From Nitrososphaeraceae archaeon (lineage in GTDB: Archaea; Thermoproteota; Nitrososphaeria; Nitrososphaerales; Nitrososphaeraceae), in assembly GCA_035297365.1 (NCBI GenBank), contig DATGZA010000027.1, positions 1 to 29,292 of the forward strand: DNA of 29,292 nt, given 5' to 3'. This document shows, piece by piece, positions 19,931 to 29,041 of this stretch (position 1 is its first letter; the number at the start of each line of letters is the position of its first letter). Position numbers and translations under genes: made by a program. The notes under the pieces are model-generated. The model was not told the DNA's origin. It made no database searches and was given only the letters and a program-made list of their open reading frames with translations.

Positions 19931-20935
19931 ATGAAAATTGCACTTGTAGGTGCCTATTCACAAGATTTAGAATTAACAATAAAGATCAAGAAAGTGCTTG
20001 ATAATCTTAATATCGAAACTTTTACTATGAACGAAAAAAATTATGACTTGGCTAATAAAGTTGACTTGGTATTAATTGCTGGAGGAGATCGTGCCATGTT
20101 AGACTATTTTCACAAGGTAATAACTGACTCATCTCCTGCTATAGGTGTATACGAAGCAGAATCAACTGATTTTTTGGCACAAATAGATGTCCAAGATTTA
20201 GAGACAATTACAAATAGATTAAAGAAAGGAGATTATGGCATAGATGAGGTAATAAGACTAGCAGTTAAAGTGGATGGAAAGGAAATTGAACCTGTATTAA
20301 ATGATGTCGTTGTTTTTCCAAGCAAAAGTGCAACTTTAATGGAACATGTACTTAGAATAGACAACAAAGATGTATGGCATGATAATAGCGATGGTGTTAT
20401 TGTATCTACCCCAACTGGATCAACAGCATATTCTATGTCAGCTGGTGGTCCAATGGTATTACAAAAATCGCAAGTATTTGTAATCGTTTCGGTAAACTCG
20501 GTAGATAATACTCGCAGACCACTAATTGTACCTAATGAAAGTCGAATTGAAATTTCAGACATTTTAAGTAGATTTCATTGTGAAGTAGTTTTGGATGGAG
20601 GGAGGCGGGTCGGAATTAAAAAAACATTGGAATGTAATAAACATAATTATCCAGCCAAGTTGGTGAGATTGATAGGAGAAGATTCTGCTACCTCAGTTAT
20701 AGCCAAAAAAGTTAAACTCGCAGAAGATTTATTAGATATGCCTCCCAGTGCCAAACTAATACTAAAGATATTAGAATATGAAGGTGCAATGGGACAAAAA
20801 GACCTTTCCTCTAAAACGTTACTTCCTGAAAGAACAATTAGGCTTTCCTTGGGGCATTTATTGAATAGGGGTTATGTTAAAAAGAAGACATCGTTAAGGG
20901 ATGCAAGACAGAGAATATATGAGCTTAAGATTTAG
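19931..20935 (+). CDS. NAD(+)/NADH kinase family protein fused to a C-terminal winged-HTH (MarR-like) domain
   Basis: GGD(R), LND and DGVIVSTPTGSTAYSMSAGGP kinase motifs; C-terminal PPSAKLILKILEYEG...QKDL...LPERTIRLSL..L...GYV...DARQRIY wHTH. Confidence 0.88.
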   Translation: MKIALVGAYSQDLELTIKIKKVLDNLNIETFTMNEKNYDLANKVDLVLIAGGDRAMLDYFHKVITDSSPAIGVYEAESTDFLAQIDVQDLETITNRLKKGDYGIDEVIRLAVKVDGKEIEPVLNDVVVFPSKSATLMEHVLRIDNKDVWHDNSDGVIVSTPTGSTAYSMSAGGPMVLQKSQVFVIVSVNSVDNTRRPLIVPNESRIEISDILSRFHCEVVLDGGRRVGIKKTLECNKHNYPAKLVRLIGEDSATSVIAKKVKLAEDLLDMPPSAKLILKILEYEGAMGQKDLSSKTLLPERTIRLSLGHLLNRGYVKKKTSLRDARQRIYELKI

Positions 20936-22553
20936 AACAGGCCTTTATGAATGATGCAAATGCAGGTTCTGGTTTTCCTGGTCTACTATCAAATTCTGCG
21001 TGATACTGTACTGCAAAATAAAACCTATGATCGGGAATCTCCAATATTTCCGTTCTTTTTCCTCCGTCAGAGTATCCAGATAACAACATCCCATTCTTTT
21101 GTATAATGGATAGATAATTCTTATTAAACTCGTATCTATGTCTATGTCTCTTACAGATTATATTCCTAGAATAAATTTTGGATGCTAAAGTATTAGCAAC
21201 TATTTTTATTTTATGACCTCCTAATCTCATAGAACCACCCATATTATTTATTGTCCTTTGTTCCGGCATAAATTCGATGACTGGATGTCTAGTTTCTGGA
21301 TCAAGTTCAGTAGAATTAGATCCCTTTAATCCACACATACTCCTAGCAAATGAAACAATAGATAATTGAAATCCAAAACAAATACCCAAAAATGGAATAT
21401 TTTCTTTTCTAGAGTAGTTGATAGCATTAATAATTCCTTCTGAACCTCGTCTTCCAAATCCACCAGGAATAAGTATTCCATCAAATTTTTTCAACGAACC
21501 TAATTTTTTAGGATGTCTCTCAAATTGTTCTGAATCAATCAATGAAATTTCAGCTTTTTTTCCTATGGCTGTTGCAGCGTGGGATAAAGCTTGATAAACA
21601 CTAACATAACTATCAGATAGAGAAACATATTTTCCTACTACTGCAATATTTATATTTCCTTCAGCCTCTGCAAATGATTGAGATATCCGTTTCCAATTTG
21701 CCCATCCAATAGCAGATCGATTCAGTTGTAATTTTTTATTTATAATTCTCATCATCCCTTGTTCAGCAAGAATTTCTGGTACCAGATAAATCGATTTAAC
21801 ATCATGACACGAAATGACGCAATCTGTGTCTATATTAGCAAAAAGAGATATTTTTTTTCTTGTATCATTTAAAAGAGGAGTTTTACATCTAACTGCAATA
21901 ATATCAGGATTTATTCCTATTCTACGTAATTCTTGAACACTGTGCTGTGTTGGCTTGGTTTTTTGTTCTCCTACTACATCAAGAACGGGGGCCAAAGTAA
22001 CATGAATAAATAAAGTGCTATTATGTCCTTCTTCGAGTGTCATTTGACGAAACGCCTCAAGAAATGGTAAGCTCTCGATGTCTCCCACGGTTCCACCACA
22101 TTCCACGACTAGAACATCCAATGATTCTGTTTTTGCTATATGCCTTAATTGATTCTTAATTACATCCGTAACGTGGGGAATTATTTGGACACATTGTCCA
22201 AGGTATTTTCCTTCACGTTCTGCATTTATAACTTTTGAATATATTCGGCCGGTTGTCAAATTATGATCCTTGGATAATCTTTTGTCTAAGAATCTCTCGT
22301 AATTCCCGATATCCATATCACACTCTCCGCCATCAAATGTTACAAAAACTTCACCGTGGGCAACAGGATTCATGGTACCTGCATCATAATTTACGTATGG
22401 ATCAATTTTTAAGCAAGAAACATTTAACCCAGTTAATTGTAATATTTTTGATGTTGAGGATGTAATTATCCCTTTTCCAAGGCCAGAAAGAACACCACCA
22501 GTAACAAAAATATATTTGACTTGCTTTCTGGCGATTCCCTCATTTAAGTGCAC
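20925..22553 (-). CDS. pyrG: CTP synthase
   Basis: KYIFVTGGVLSGLGKG, KIDPY, GGTVGDIE, KTKPTQHSV; glutaminase triad GICFG and YHAE. Exact start uncertain. Confidence 0.97.
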   Translation of the reverse strand: MHLNEGIARKQVKYIFVTGGVLSGLGKGIITSSTSKILQLTGLNVSCLKIDPYVNYDAGTMNPVAHGEVFVTFDGGECDMDIGNYERFLDKRLSKDHNLTTGRIYSKVINAEREGKYLGQCVQIIPHVTDVIKNQLRHIAKTESLDVLVVECGGTVGDIESLPFLEAFRQMTLEEGHNSTLFIHVTLAPVLDVVGEQKTKPTQHSVQELRRIGINPDIIAVRCKTPLLNDTRKKISLFANIDTDCVISCHDVKSIYLVPEILAEQGMMRIINKKLQLNRSAIGWANWKRISQSFAEAEGNINIAVVGKYVSLSDSYVSVYQALSHAATAIGKKAEISLIDSEQFERHPKKLGSLKKFDGILIPGGFGRRGSEGIINAINYSRKENIPFLGICFGFQLSIVSFARSMCGLKGSNSTELDPETRHPVIEFMPEQRTINNMGGSMRLGGHKIKIVANTLASKIYSRNIICKRHRHRYEFNKNYLSIIQKNGMLLSGYSDGGKRTEILEIPDHRFYFAVQYHAEFDSRPGKPEPAFASFIKACSKS

Positions 22554-22971
22554 ATCAAAGTTTAGATAATCTTATTTTTATTCCTTTTTCTAGCACAATC
22601 AAGATTATTGAATTTATTTATCTTGTAACTGATTTACGAGCCATAAAGTATACTAGGTAAATATTTTAAATTTATCCAACTTTTTATATTTTTCAAGTGT
22701 ATGAATAGTAAATTCAGAAGTTTGGTGTTTTTAACAAAAGGTTACAAAAATTCAGGTGTTATTAGAATTAATTTCTGGCAAGTCCATCTTTAACACCTTT
22801 TCACAGGATGTTAGACAAATCAATTATATAAAATAATAATCAAAATATTTAATATTCATTTCTAATTTTAATTATTATAAAAAATTACTTTATTTCAGCT
22901 TAAACATATTATCGGTGATAGATAACATGGAATTCGTTATATTAAAATACTATTAAATCAAATTTCTAATA

Positions 22972-24462
22972 ATGATAAAGCAAACCGCGCCTAATATCGT
23001 TTTTTTAACATTCACAATTCTTATAACCATCTTTATGTTAAGCATACTTTATCTTCCAAGTCAAAGCTCATTTGCTCACCATATACTAAAAGAAATTGCT
23101 GTAACAGAAAGACCTATGAAAATGTCATTAGATGAACCGTTATTATTTGTGTCTAATTTAGGTCAACCAGTGGTCTCTATTATTAGTACGGTCTCCGATG
23201 GAGCAGTTGGAACTATCAATACGACACAAGGTGTAATTGATGTCGAAGGCGTTAATGATAAAAATAAGCTATATGTTGCTACGTTTCAAACTGGAGAAAT
23301 TGAGGTGTATGATATTACAACTAAAAAGTTGATAAAGACAATTCCTATTCCTGGGTCCACTATACAATACCCACATAGATTGGCAGATACTGCATTGGTA
23401 ACTTCAACAGTGATTACTGGCGGATCATCCCTTGAATATAACCCTAATAATGAGCTATTATATATTGCAAACTATAACACTGATGAGATAATAGTAATAG
23501 ATACCAAAAATAATGATACAATAGTAAAAACAATACAAGTTTCTGCACATCCCATAGATGTAAAGGTAGACCCTGTTACCAATCAGGTCTTGGTAACAAG
23601 TTTTGCTTCCAAAAAGTTGACATTTATTTCAGGAGATACAAATGAGATAACAGGAACAGTAGATACAGGTATTTCTCCCTGGGGTATTGGGATAGATAAT
23701 GGTAAACATCTTGCGTATATTGGTCATCATAATAGTCCCTATATTGCTGTAGTAGATATTTTATCCAAAAAGGTAATCAAGCAAATACCTATCGGTTTTG
23801 AAGGTCAATCAGTAGCAGTAGATACTAATGAACATAAGATTTATGTATCATTTCATGACATTGACAAAGTCGTAAAAATTAACGGAAATAACAACGAAAT
23901 CGAGACAGTGATAGAACTAGATGGTAGAACACCAAATGATATAGCTGTTGATTCAATTTCTCACAAGTTATATGCTTCTATAAAGTCTTCTAATAATCTT
24001 TTTGTTATGGGGCCAGAATCATATGCTCTTAGTGTGCCCGTAGTAACACAAGAACCTCCAATATTGTTTGTAGATAACATTATAGTACATGGTCAAGATG
24101 TTCAAATATTAAATCCTGTTTTGATCGATACGACTGCTGCTGGAGAAAAGTATAGCTTTATTTCTCCATATGTAACATCAGCCGCTATTTTGGATAGTGA
24201 GAATAAAAGTCTATCAATGCAAGTGACATCATCAGATGGAGGAGATTTACAAATAAAAATTCCAAAAACAATTTTAGACACAATTATTGAAGGAGATAGA
24301 AATATGACGGTCTTAGTAGATGGAGAAAAAACAGAATTTAAAGAAATACCAAGTAGTTTAAGTGATCATCAGCTACAACAAAAAGATATATCAAAAGAAA
24401 TCTTAGTATTCATTCCAAAAGGAGATAGAAAAGTAGAAATTACCGGGAAAATCATTTCCTAA
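22972..24462 (+). CDS. Secreted YncE/YVTN-type beta-propeller protein with a C-terminal beta domain
   Basis: Signal peptide ending SFA; repeated blades such as LYIANYNTDEIIVIDT...VKTIQV..HP; C-terminal domain ending KVEITG. Confidence 0.85.
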   Translation: MIKQTAPNIVFLTFTILITIFMLSILYLPSQSSFAHHILKEIAVTERPMKMSLDEPLLFVSNLGQPVVSIISTVSDGAVGTINTTQGVIDVEGVNDKNKLYVATFQTGEIEVYDITTKKLIKTIPIPGSTIQYPHRLADTALVTSTVITGGSSLEYNPNNELLYIANYNTDEIIVIDTKNNDTIVKTIQVSAHPIDVKVDPVTNQVLVTSFASKKLTFISGDTNEITGTVDTGISPWGIGIDNGKHLAYIGHHNSPYIAVVDILSKKVIKQIPIGFEGQSVAVDTNEHKIYVSFHDIDKVVKINGNNNEIETVIELDGRTPNDIAVDSISHKLYASIKSSNNLFVMGPESYALSVPVVTQEPPILFVDNIIVHGQDVQILNPVLIDTTAAGEKYSFISPYVTSAAILDSENKSLSMQVTSSDGGDLQIKIPKTILDTIIEGDRNMTVLVDGEKTEFKEIPSSLSDHQLQQKDISKEILVFIPKGDRKVEITGKIIS

Positions 24463-24479
24463 TTTTTTATTTAATTTTT

Positions 24480-25140
24480 AAAGATAGAATATTATTAAAC
24501 ACATATATCGATTATTACGCAAGTGGGCTTTGGTCCAATAGTACCACAAAAAAAGATTTGTAAATACTGCATGGTTCAAGGAAAAGAAGAGATTCAACAA
24601 ATAGTAAAAAGGATCATCGGTCCTTGCACATATGAATACATCTTCGTATACTAGTATATTGTTAGAAGAAAGAAAATGAGTTTCTAAAGACAAACATTCT
24701 ATATACGGTAACACGTTCTTTAAAAGAACAATTGTTTTTGGTAGTTAATGAATGGATGGTAGACAGTTATTCAAACAATAAGATAGATTTGACAACTATA
24801 CGTCTGCTGCCTACCTACTAAAGATACACAAAAGATTTGGTAAATTTGTAATGTTTGTTGATAGAGTAACATCACATTGTTGCAAGTTTACCAGAAAATT
24901 TCTTGATGCAAATAAAGATACCATCAAACTAGAACATTTTCCTGTTGGTGCACCAAATTTAATCCAGAATAATATTGCTGGAGGCCCGGAAAATACATAA
25001 TACTTTCTTGTTATTATCCTATCCTTGATAATCTTAAAGATACAATCTGTACCTATTAAAGAAGTACAAGATGCAAAATGCAAACTGGATATTGTAAAAT
25101 ATCTAATGAGAACATAGACTGTATTTATGTTAGATACATT
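24480..25140 (+). mobile_element. Decayed, 5'-truncated IS630-family transposase remnant
   Basis: Manual translation with stops and frameshifts gives HIYRLLRKW..P.VPQ..FVNTA, RTIVFG, MDGRQLFKQ*DRFD...FGKFVMFVDRVTSH...KLEHFPVGAPNL and LDIVKYLMRT*. This matches the IS630 HTH + DDE layout (D..A..H and LP..SP.LNP-like segments). Confidence 0.85.
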
Positions 25141-25525
25141 GTTATTGCAATTCTCATTATACCATTGAATTGTCCTGAATTATTCTCAAACATTTAAGTT
25201 AAAAAAATACATCTAGGTTCATATATATTGAAATAGATTCAACTGCCATACTAATAATTATATGATTATTCAATAAGTCAAATTCAAAAAATCTTTCTTA
25301 ATTAATCCTATTCCACCTGAAATTCATTTTATTCGCCGTTATCTAAGTTATTTAATCTATTTTTGTGAGATTTTCGCAATAAATGAACAGCTGAAAAGTT
25401 ATCTTTCGATGGTTCCTTGCAGATTCAAAATGGTCGTAATAGTACTTTTATCTCCAGAGTATATATGATATGTAGAGTTATCTAAGAAGAAATTGTTATA
25501 TTCATTGAATATAATTATGAAATAT

Positions 25526-25891
25526 TTAGCTCTGAAGTTTATTGGCGTTTTTGATGATGACTGATCTAACATTCTTAAAATTGCTAACTATTCCATTAGT
25601 AAATGATATTCCTTCCTTTTCAAGCAACTCCTTCTTTTTGTCACTGCCATAAAAATAACCACCCACTTTGCCATCAGACATCACTACCCTGTGACACGGC
25701 ACTTTAATTGGGTTTGGATTCTTACCAAGTATTCGTCCTATTATTCTTGAAGATGAAGGATTTCCAAGAGCTTTTGCAAGATCCCCATAAGTAGATACCT
25801 TCCCTGCAGGTATTTGTAACAATAGGTCATAAACATCACTATCTTTTATCGATTTTTTGATTATATTCTTGCTATCCTTAGTTGTTCGCAT
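25526..25891 (-). CDS. ogt: Single-domain O6-alkylguanine-DNA alkyltransferase (MGMT family)
   Basis: IPAGKVSTYGDLA, SRIIGRIL..NP and active-site PCHRVV. Start moved to ATG 25891, which has a TATA-like TTTAAATA about 25 nt upstream. Confidence 0.88.
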   Translation of the reverse strand: MRTTKDSKNIIKKSIKDSDVYDLLLQIPAGKVSTYGDLAKALGNPSSSRIIGRILGKNPNPIKVPCHRVVMSDGKVGGYFYGSDKKKELLEKEGISFTNGIVSNFKNVRSVIIKNANKLQS

Positions 25892-26997
25892 AACCAGTAA
25901 TAGTATCCATCTATATTTAAAATTACATAATATTTTCCACATAACAAGAAAGTTTAAACCATCCGGTATATTATGACAATTATACTATTTCGTCCGAAAC
26001 CATCATCCTAAAGATTATTCTTAGAACTTAAGACAACCTATTCTAATTCTAAATATTAAAAAAACTTTAATATTAATATTAATCGTTGTTAGAATATAGT
26101 ACATTTATAGTTTTGATATGTTGTTATTATGTAGAATTCTTTAAGTGGCAATATTACAAGGGAAACAATTGGTTTCGTCCTATAATGTGTCTTTATTTAG
26201 TATCACGCTCTATCTAATATGGTTATAAAGATGTTTAATTATCATTCTTCTCATTCTAAAATATAAGTAGAATTATTAAAGTTCGAAACAGAACACAACA
26301 TTTTCGAAATAAATAATTTTGGTATTAGTATTACAATAAACTATCTAATTCCTATAATTGTATGTACTTTTGGTATTAAATGATACATAATTAATAAATT
26401 TCATAGCATATTTACAAACTTAATTATGAAAGTGCAGGTATATTTCTTTATAGAAGCTGTAGAAGAGATTTTAATTAGAAATAATAAAACGAGCGATCAA
26501 GTACTCTTTAGTCTCTATGTTCTAGTTTGGGAATTGAAATTTAAAAATATATTAAATGTAGGAAGGATTTTGGTTAAGTTAAAAAAAGAATAAACCTTGT
26601 GGAATTCCAATTAAACAAAAAAAACCCATTCTCAAATTTCCCCTAGAAACATTATTCAGATAAATGAGCAGTACTGTGTCATTGATAATACTGGAGCAAG
26701 AAAAATAACAATAATAAAGTAATTTTATGTTGACTTGAGCATGAAATCTAAAACAATTGCTAACAAAAAAATCAAAATGTGCTTTTAAGATCAAATTTGA
26801 TTTACAAGTCGCTAATACGAATACAAAAACGTCTTAAATCCATTGATCTCATAATACGAAATTGAAAATCAAAAATAAGGATAACATAAAAAATAGTAAT
26901 TATTTTATATATTTGTCTTTATAAAAATTACAAGGCTGAATATACTACGTCTATTATTGTTCGACTGGATGATTTAACGAAAGCTAGAATAGTACAT

Positions 26998-27327
26998 ATG
27001 ATTCTTGATAAAAAAACAGAAGAAGCGTTACAAAATCTGAGCAGATTCTATAAAGTTACACCACCTGGAATAACTGTTGGAACTATAAAAGGGAAAAGAA
27101 AGACGATATATGCAGCGTATGTCCAAAGAGAAAGCAAGATTTATTGTATAAACTCCGAGGTGTTTTATAATCCATTTATAGTGTTACATGAGTTTTATCA
27201 TCATATAAGAACAAGAAGCGGTATTCACAGAGGTTCGGAGAAGTATGCTAACATGTATGCAAAAAGTTTCATTGACTCTTATAAAAAAATAACAAATCAA
27301 ATAACAAAACAAAATGAGAAATACTGA
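26998..27327 (+). CDS. Small putative zinc metallopeptidase-like protein (HExxH)
   Basis: VLHEFYHH followed by EKYANMYA. The frame is open upstream (LDDLTKARIVH), so the start may be earlier. Confidence 0.75.
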   Translation: MILDKKTEEALQNLSRFYKVTPPGITVGTIKGKRKTIYAAYVQRESKIYCINSEVFYNPFIVLHEFYHHIRTRSGIHRGSEKYANMYAKSFIDSYKKITNQITKQNEKY

Positions 27328-27593
27328 AGTATGTTCATATAATTGGCTTTAAAATTGTTATGAATGGACTAGCAAAATGGCTGACCTATTTTGATCGACC
27401 AATTCTAATTTCACTGCCATGTACAACGAAAAATTACAGGATAATAAAGATATTTCATAGTTTCAACTTCAAATATATTGAATTTCTAGATTTATACAAG
27501 AAATATGAATGATTGGAATCTACCTAAAATTTTATTACATATAATTTGTTAGTACATTACAATAATTTATATTTATTAAAATAAGTGCCTCTT

Positions 27594-27941
27594 TTATCTG
27601 GGAGTGTAAAATATTATTATTGCTCCCAAAACAGCAACAAATGAACCAATTATCTCGTACCTATCAGGTCTCTTTTTTTCCACCGTCATACCCCATAAAA
27701 TGGACGAAATGACAAAAATTCCGCCATATGCTGCATATACTCTCCCAAATTCAGCATGCTGAAATGTAGGAACGATGCCGTATAGAAACATAATAATACC
27801 TCCAACTATACCTAGCAAATATGTTTTCTTTTTACGTAACCATAACCATACTAGATATCCTCCTCCTATCTCAGCAATTGCTGCAATAATAAAAAGTATG
27901 AAAGGAACTATGATGGAGGAAATTACTATGACTTGGTCCAA
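27594..27941 (-). CDS. ynfA: YnfA/UPF0060 family 4-TM membrane protein (copy B)
   Basis: AEIGGGYLVWLWLR, FGRVYAAYGGIF, PDRYE and terminal PR; TTG start overlapping the end of copy A. Confidence 0.92.
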   Translation of the reverse strand: MDQVIVISSIIVPFILFIIAAIAEIGGGYLVWLWLRKKKTYLLGIVGGIIMFLYGIVPTFQHAEFGRVYAAYGGIFVISSILWGMTVEKKRPDRYEIIGSFVAVLGAIIIFYTPR

Positions 27942-28291
27942 ACTTGTTCACCTTTTCTCGGTGCATAATATATTATTATGACACCTAACAATGCAATAGA
28001 AGCACCTATTGTATCGTATATATCTGGGGCTATTCCTTGAAATAGCCATCCCCAAAGTAATGACATAACTATGAAGATTCCTCCATATGCTGCATAGATT
28101 CTATGAAAAAATGATGGTTGAAAAGTAGGAACAACTGCATACAAAAAAAGAATAAAGCCGCCTAAGGCTCCAAGTATCCAACTCATGCCATCTCTCAACC
28201 AAATCCAAATAAGATAACCTCCTCCTATCTCAAAAAGTCCAGCAAGAAAAAAGAAAAGTAAAGTTATCAAAATTTTATTAAATTTAATCAC
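27926..28291 (-). CDS. ynfA: YnfA/UPF0060 family 4-TM membrane protein (copy A)
   Basis: FEIGGGYLIWIWLR, FHRIYAAYGGIF and PDIYD motifs. Confidence 0.92.
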   Translation of the reverse strand: MIKFNKILITLLFFFLAGLFEIGGGYLIWIWLRDGMSWILGALGGFILFLYAVVPTFQPSFFHRIYAAYGGIFIVMSLLWGWLFQGIAPDIYDTIGASIALLGVIIIYYAPRKGEQVWTKS

Positions 28292-28355
28292 TTGAATCGT
28301 TGGTTTTGCTTGATTATTAAAAATTTGGTTATTGCTATTGCATTAAGCATTAGGT

Positions 28356-28369
28356 TTTATTGCAATAAA
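28356..28369. promoter_or_regulatory. Perfect 14-bp palindrome TTTATTGCAATAAA, candidate operator of the ynfA pair
   Basis: Lies between a minus-strand TATA-like element (about 28374-28384) and the ynfA start; extra TATTGC half-sites at about 28330-28341. Confidence 0.45.
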
Positions 28370-28781
28370 TAGTTTTATTTATAGAAAATTTGTTCCCTGC
28401 ATAACTGTCTTTGTAGAACTAACTATCTACTCCATAACAAAATATCTTTAGATCAATATACCTCTAAATATTTTCTATTATAAATAAAAATAAACCAGTT
28501 TATCATAATTACAATTACCTACTTCGTATTGGCAACTTGCGTTACCTTCCGGAACGAAGAAAGTGTATCTCTCAACCACTTTCTACTCCGGGATTACTGA
28601 AAACTCTGATTTTACATTCCAGAATATCGCTAGAGTAATAGATTAATTAATTAACCTATTTTTTAATATTGAATAATAACAATTTTTACTGCGATATTGT
28701 ATGATAACTAACCAAAATAATTAAGTTTTGTGAAGCATTGTTTCGGGCCTAACGCAATTTTTACGCACGAAAAATAGAAAA

Positions 28782-28901
28782 GTGGACACGTTGGACAGGG
28801 TGGACACCGTCTATAAAGATTTTAGAAAATCATGTTTTTTTAAAAATAAAATATAGGGGTGTCCAGGGTGTCCAAAATGTCTGGGGTGTCCAAAATGTCT
28901 G
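28782..28901. repeat. Inverted array of 9-bp-period repeats (3 x TGGACA, 5 x TGTC[CA/TG]) flanking an AT-rich spacer
   Basis: TGGACA at 28783, 28792 and 28801; TGTCCA/TGTCTG at 28860, 28869, 28878, 28887 and 28896; exact 18-bp duplication at 28866-28901. Confidence 0.9.
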
Positions 28902-29041
28902 ATTATTGCCATATTTTCATATTGTACTTAAAGATCAATTGCTATTATTCTTATAATCAATAATTCAGAATCTTGGAATATTACAAGGGAAGATAATGTT
29001 CCTTCCAATGTTAGACATATTAAATTCGTATTTAACAGGTA

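Noticed and set aside
22754-22798. AGGTGTTA...TAACACCT inverted repeat between pyrG and the propeller gene
   Set aside because: Only 8-bp arms around a 29-nt spacer; not distinguishable from chance without comparative data.
24478-25083. ORFs 24478..24714 and 24811..25083 on the minus strand
   Set aside because: Antisense shadows of the IS630 remnant.
26426-26794. 71-aa minus-strand ORF (26579..26794) and a roughly 55-aa plus-strand ORF from 26426
   Set aside because: Short, no recognisable motifs; may be decayed DNA but cannot be assigned.
18807-27981. ORFs 18807..19187, 20233..20562, 22235..22465 and 27775..27981
   Set aside because: Antisense to pgsA, NAD kinase, pyrG and ynfA.
28549-28591. 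Guanidine-III/II riboswitch (CCGGAACGAAG recalls the CCGGACGAGG start) near SMR-like genes
   Set aside because: The motif is on the opposite strand to ynfA, the pairing is nested rather than a pseudoknot, and there are no twin ACGR-loop hairpins.
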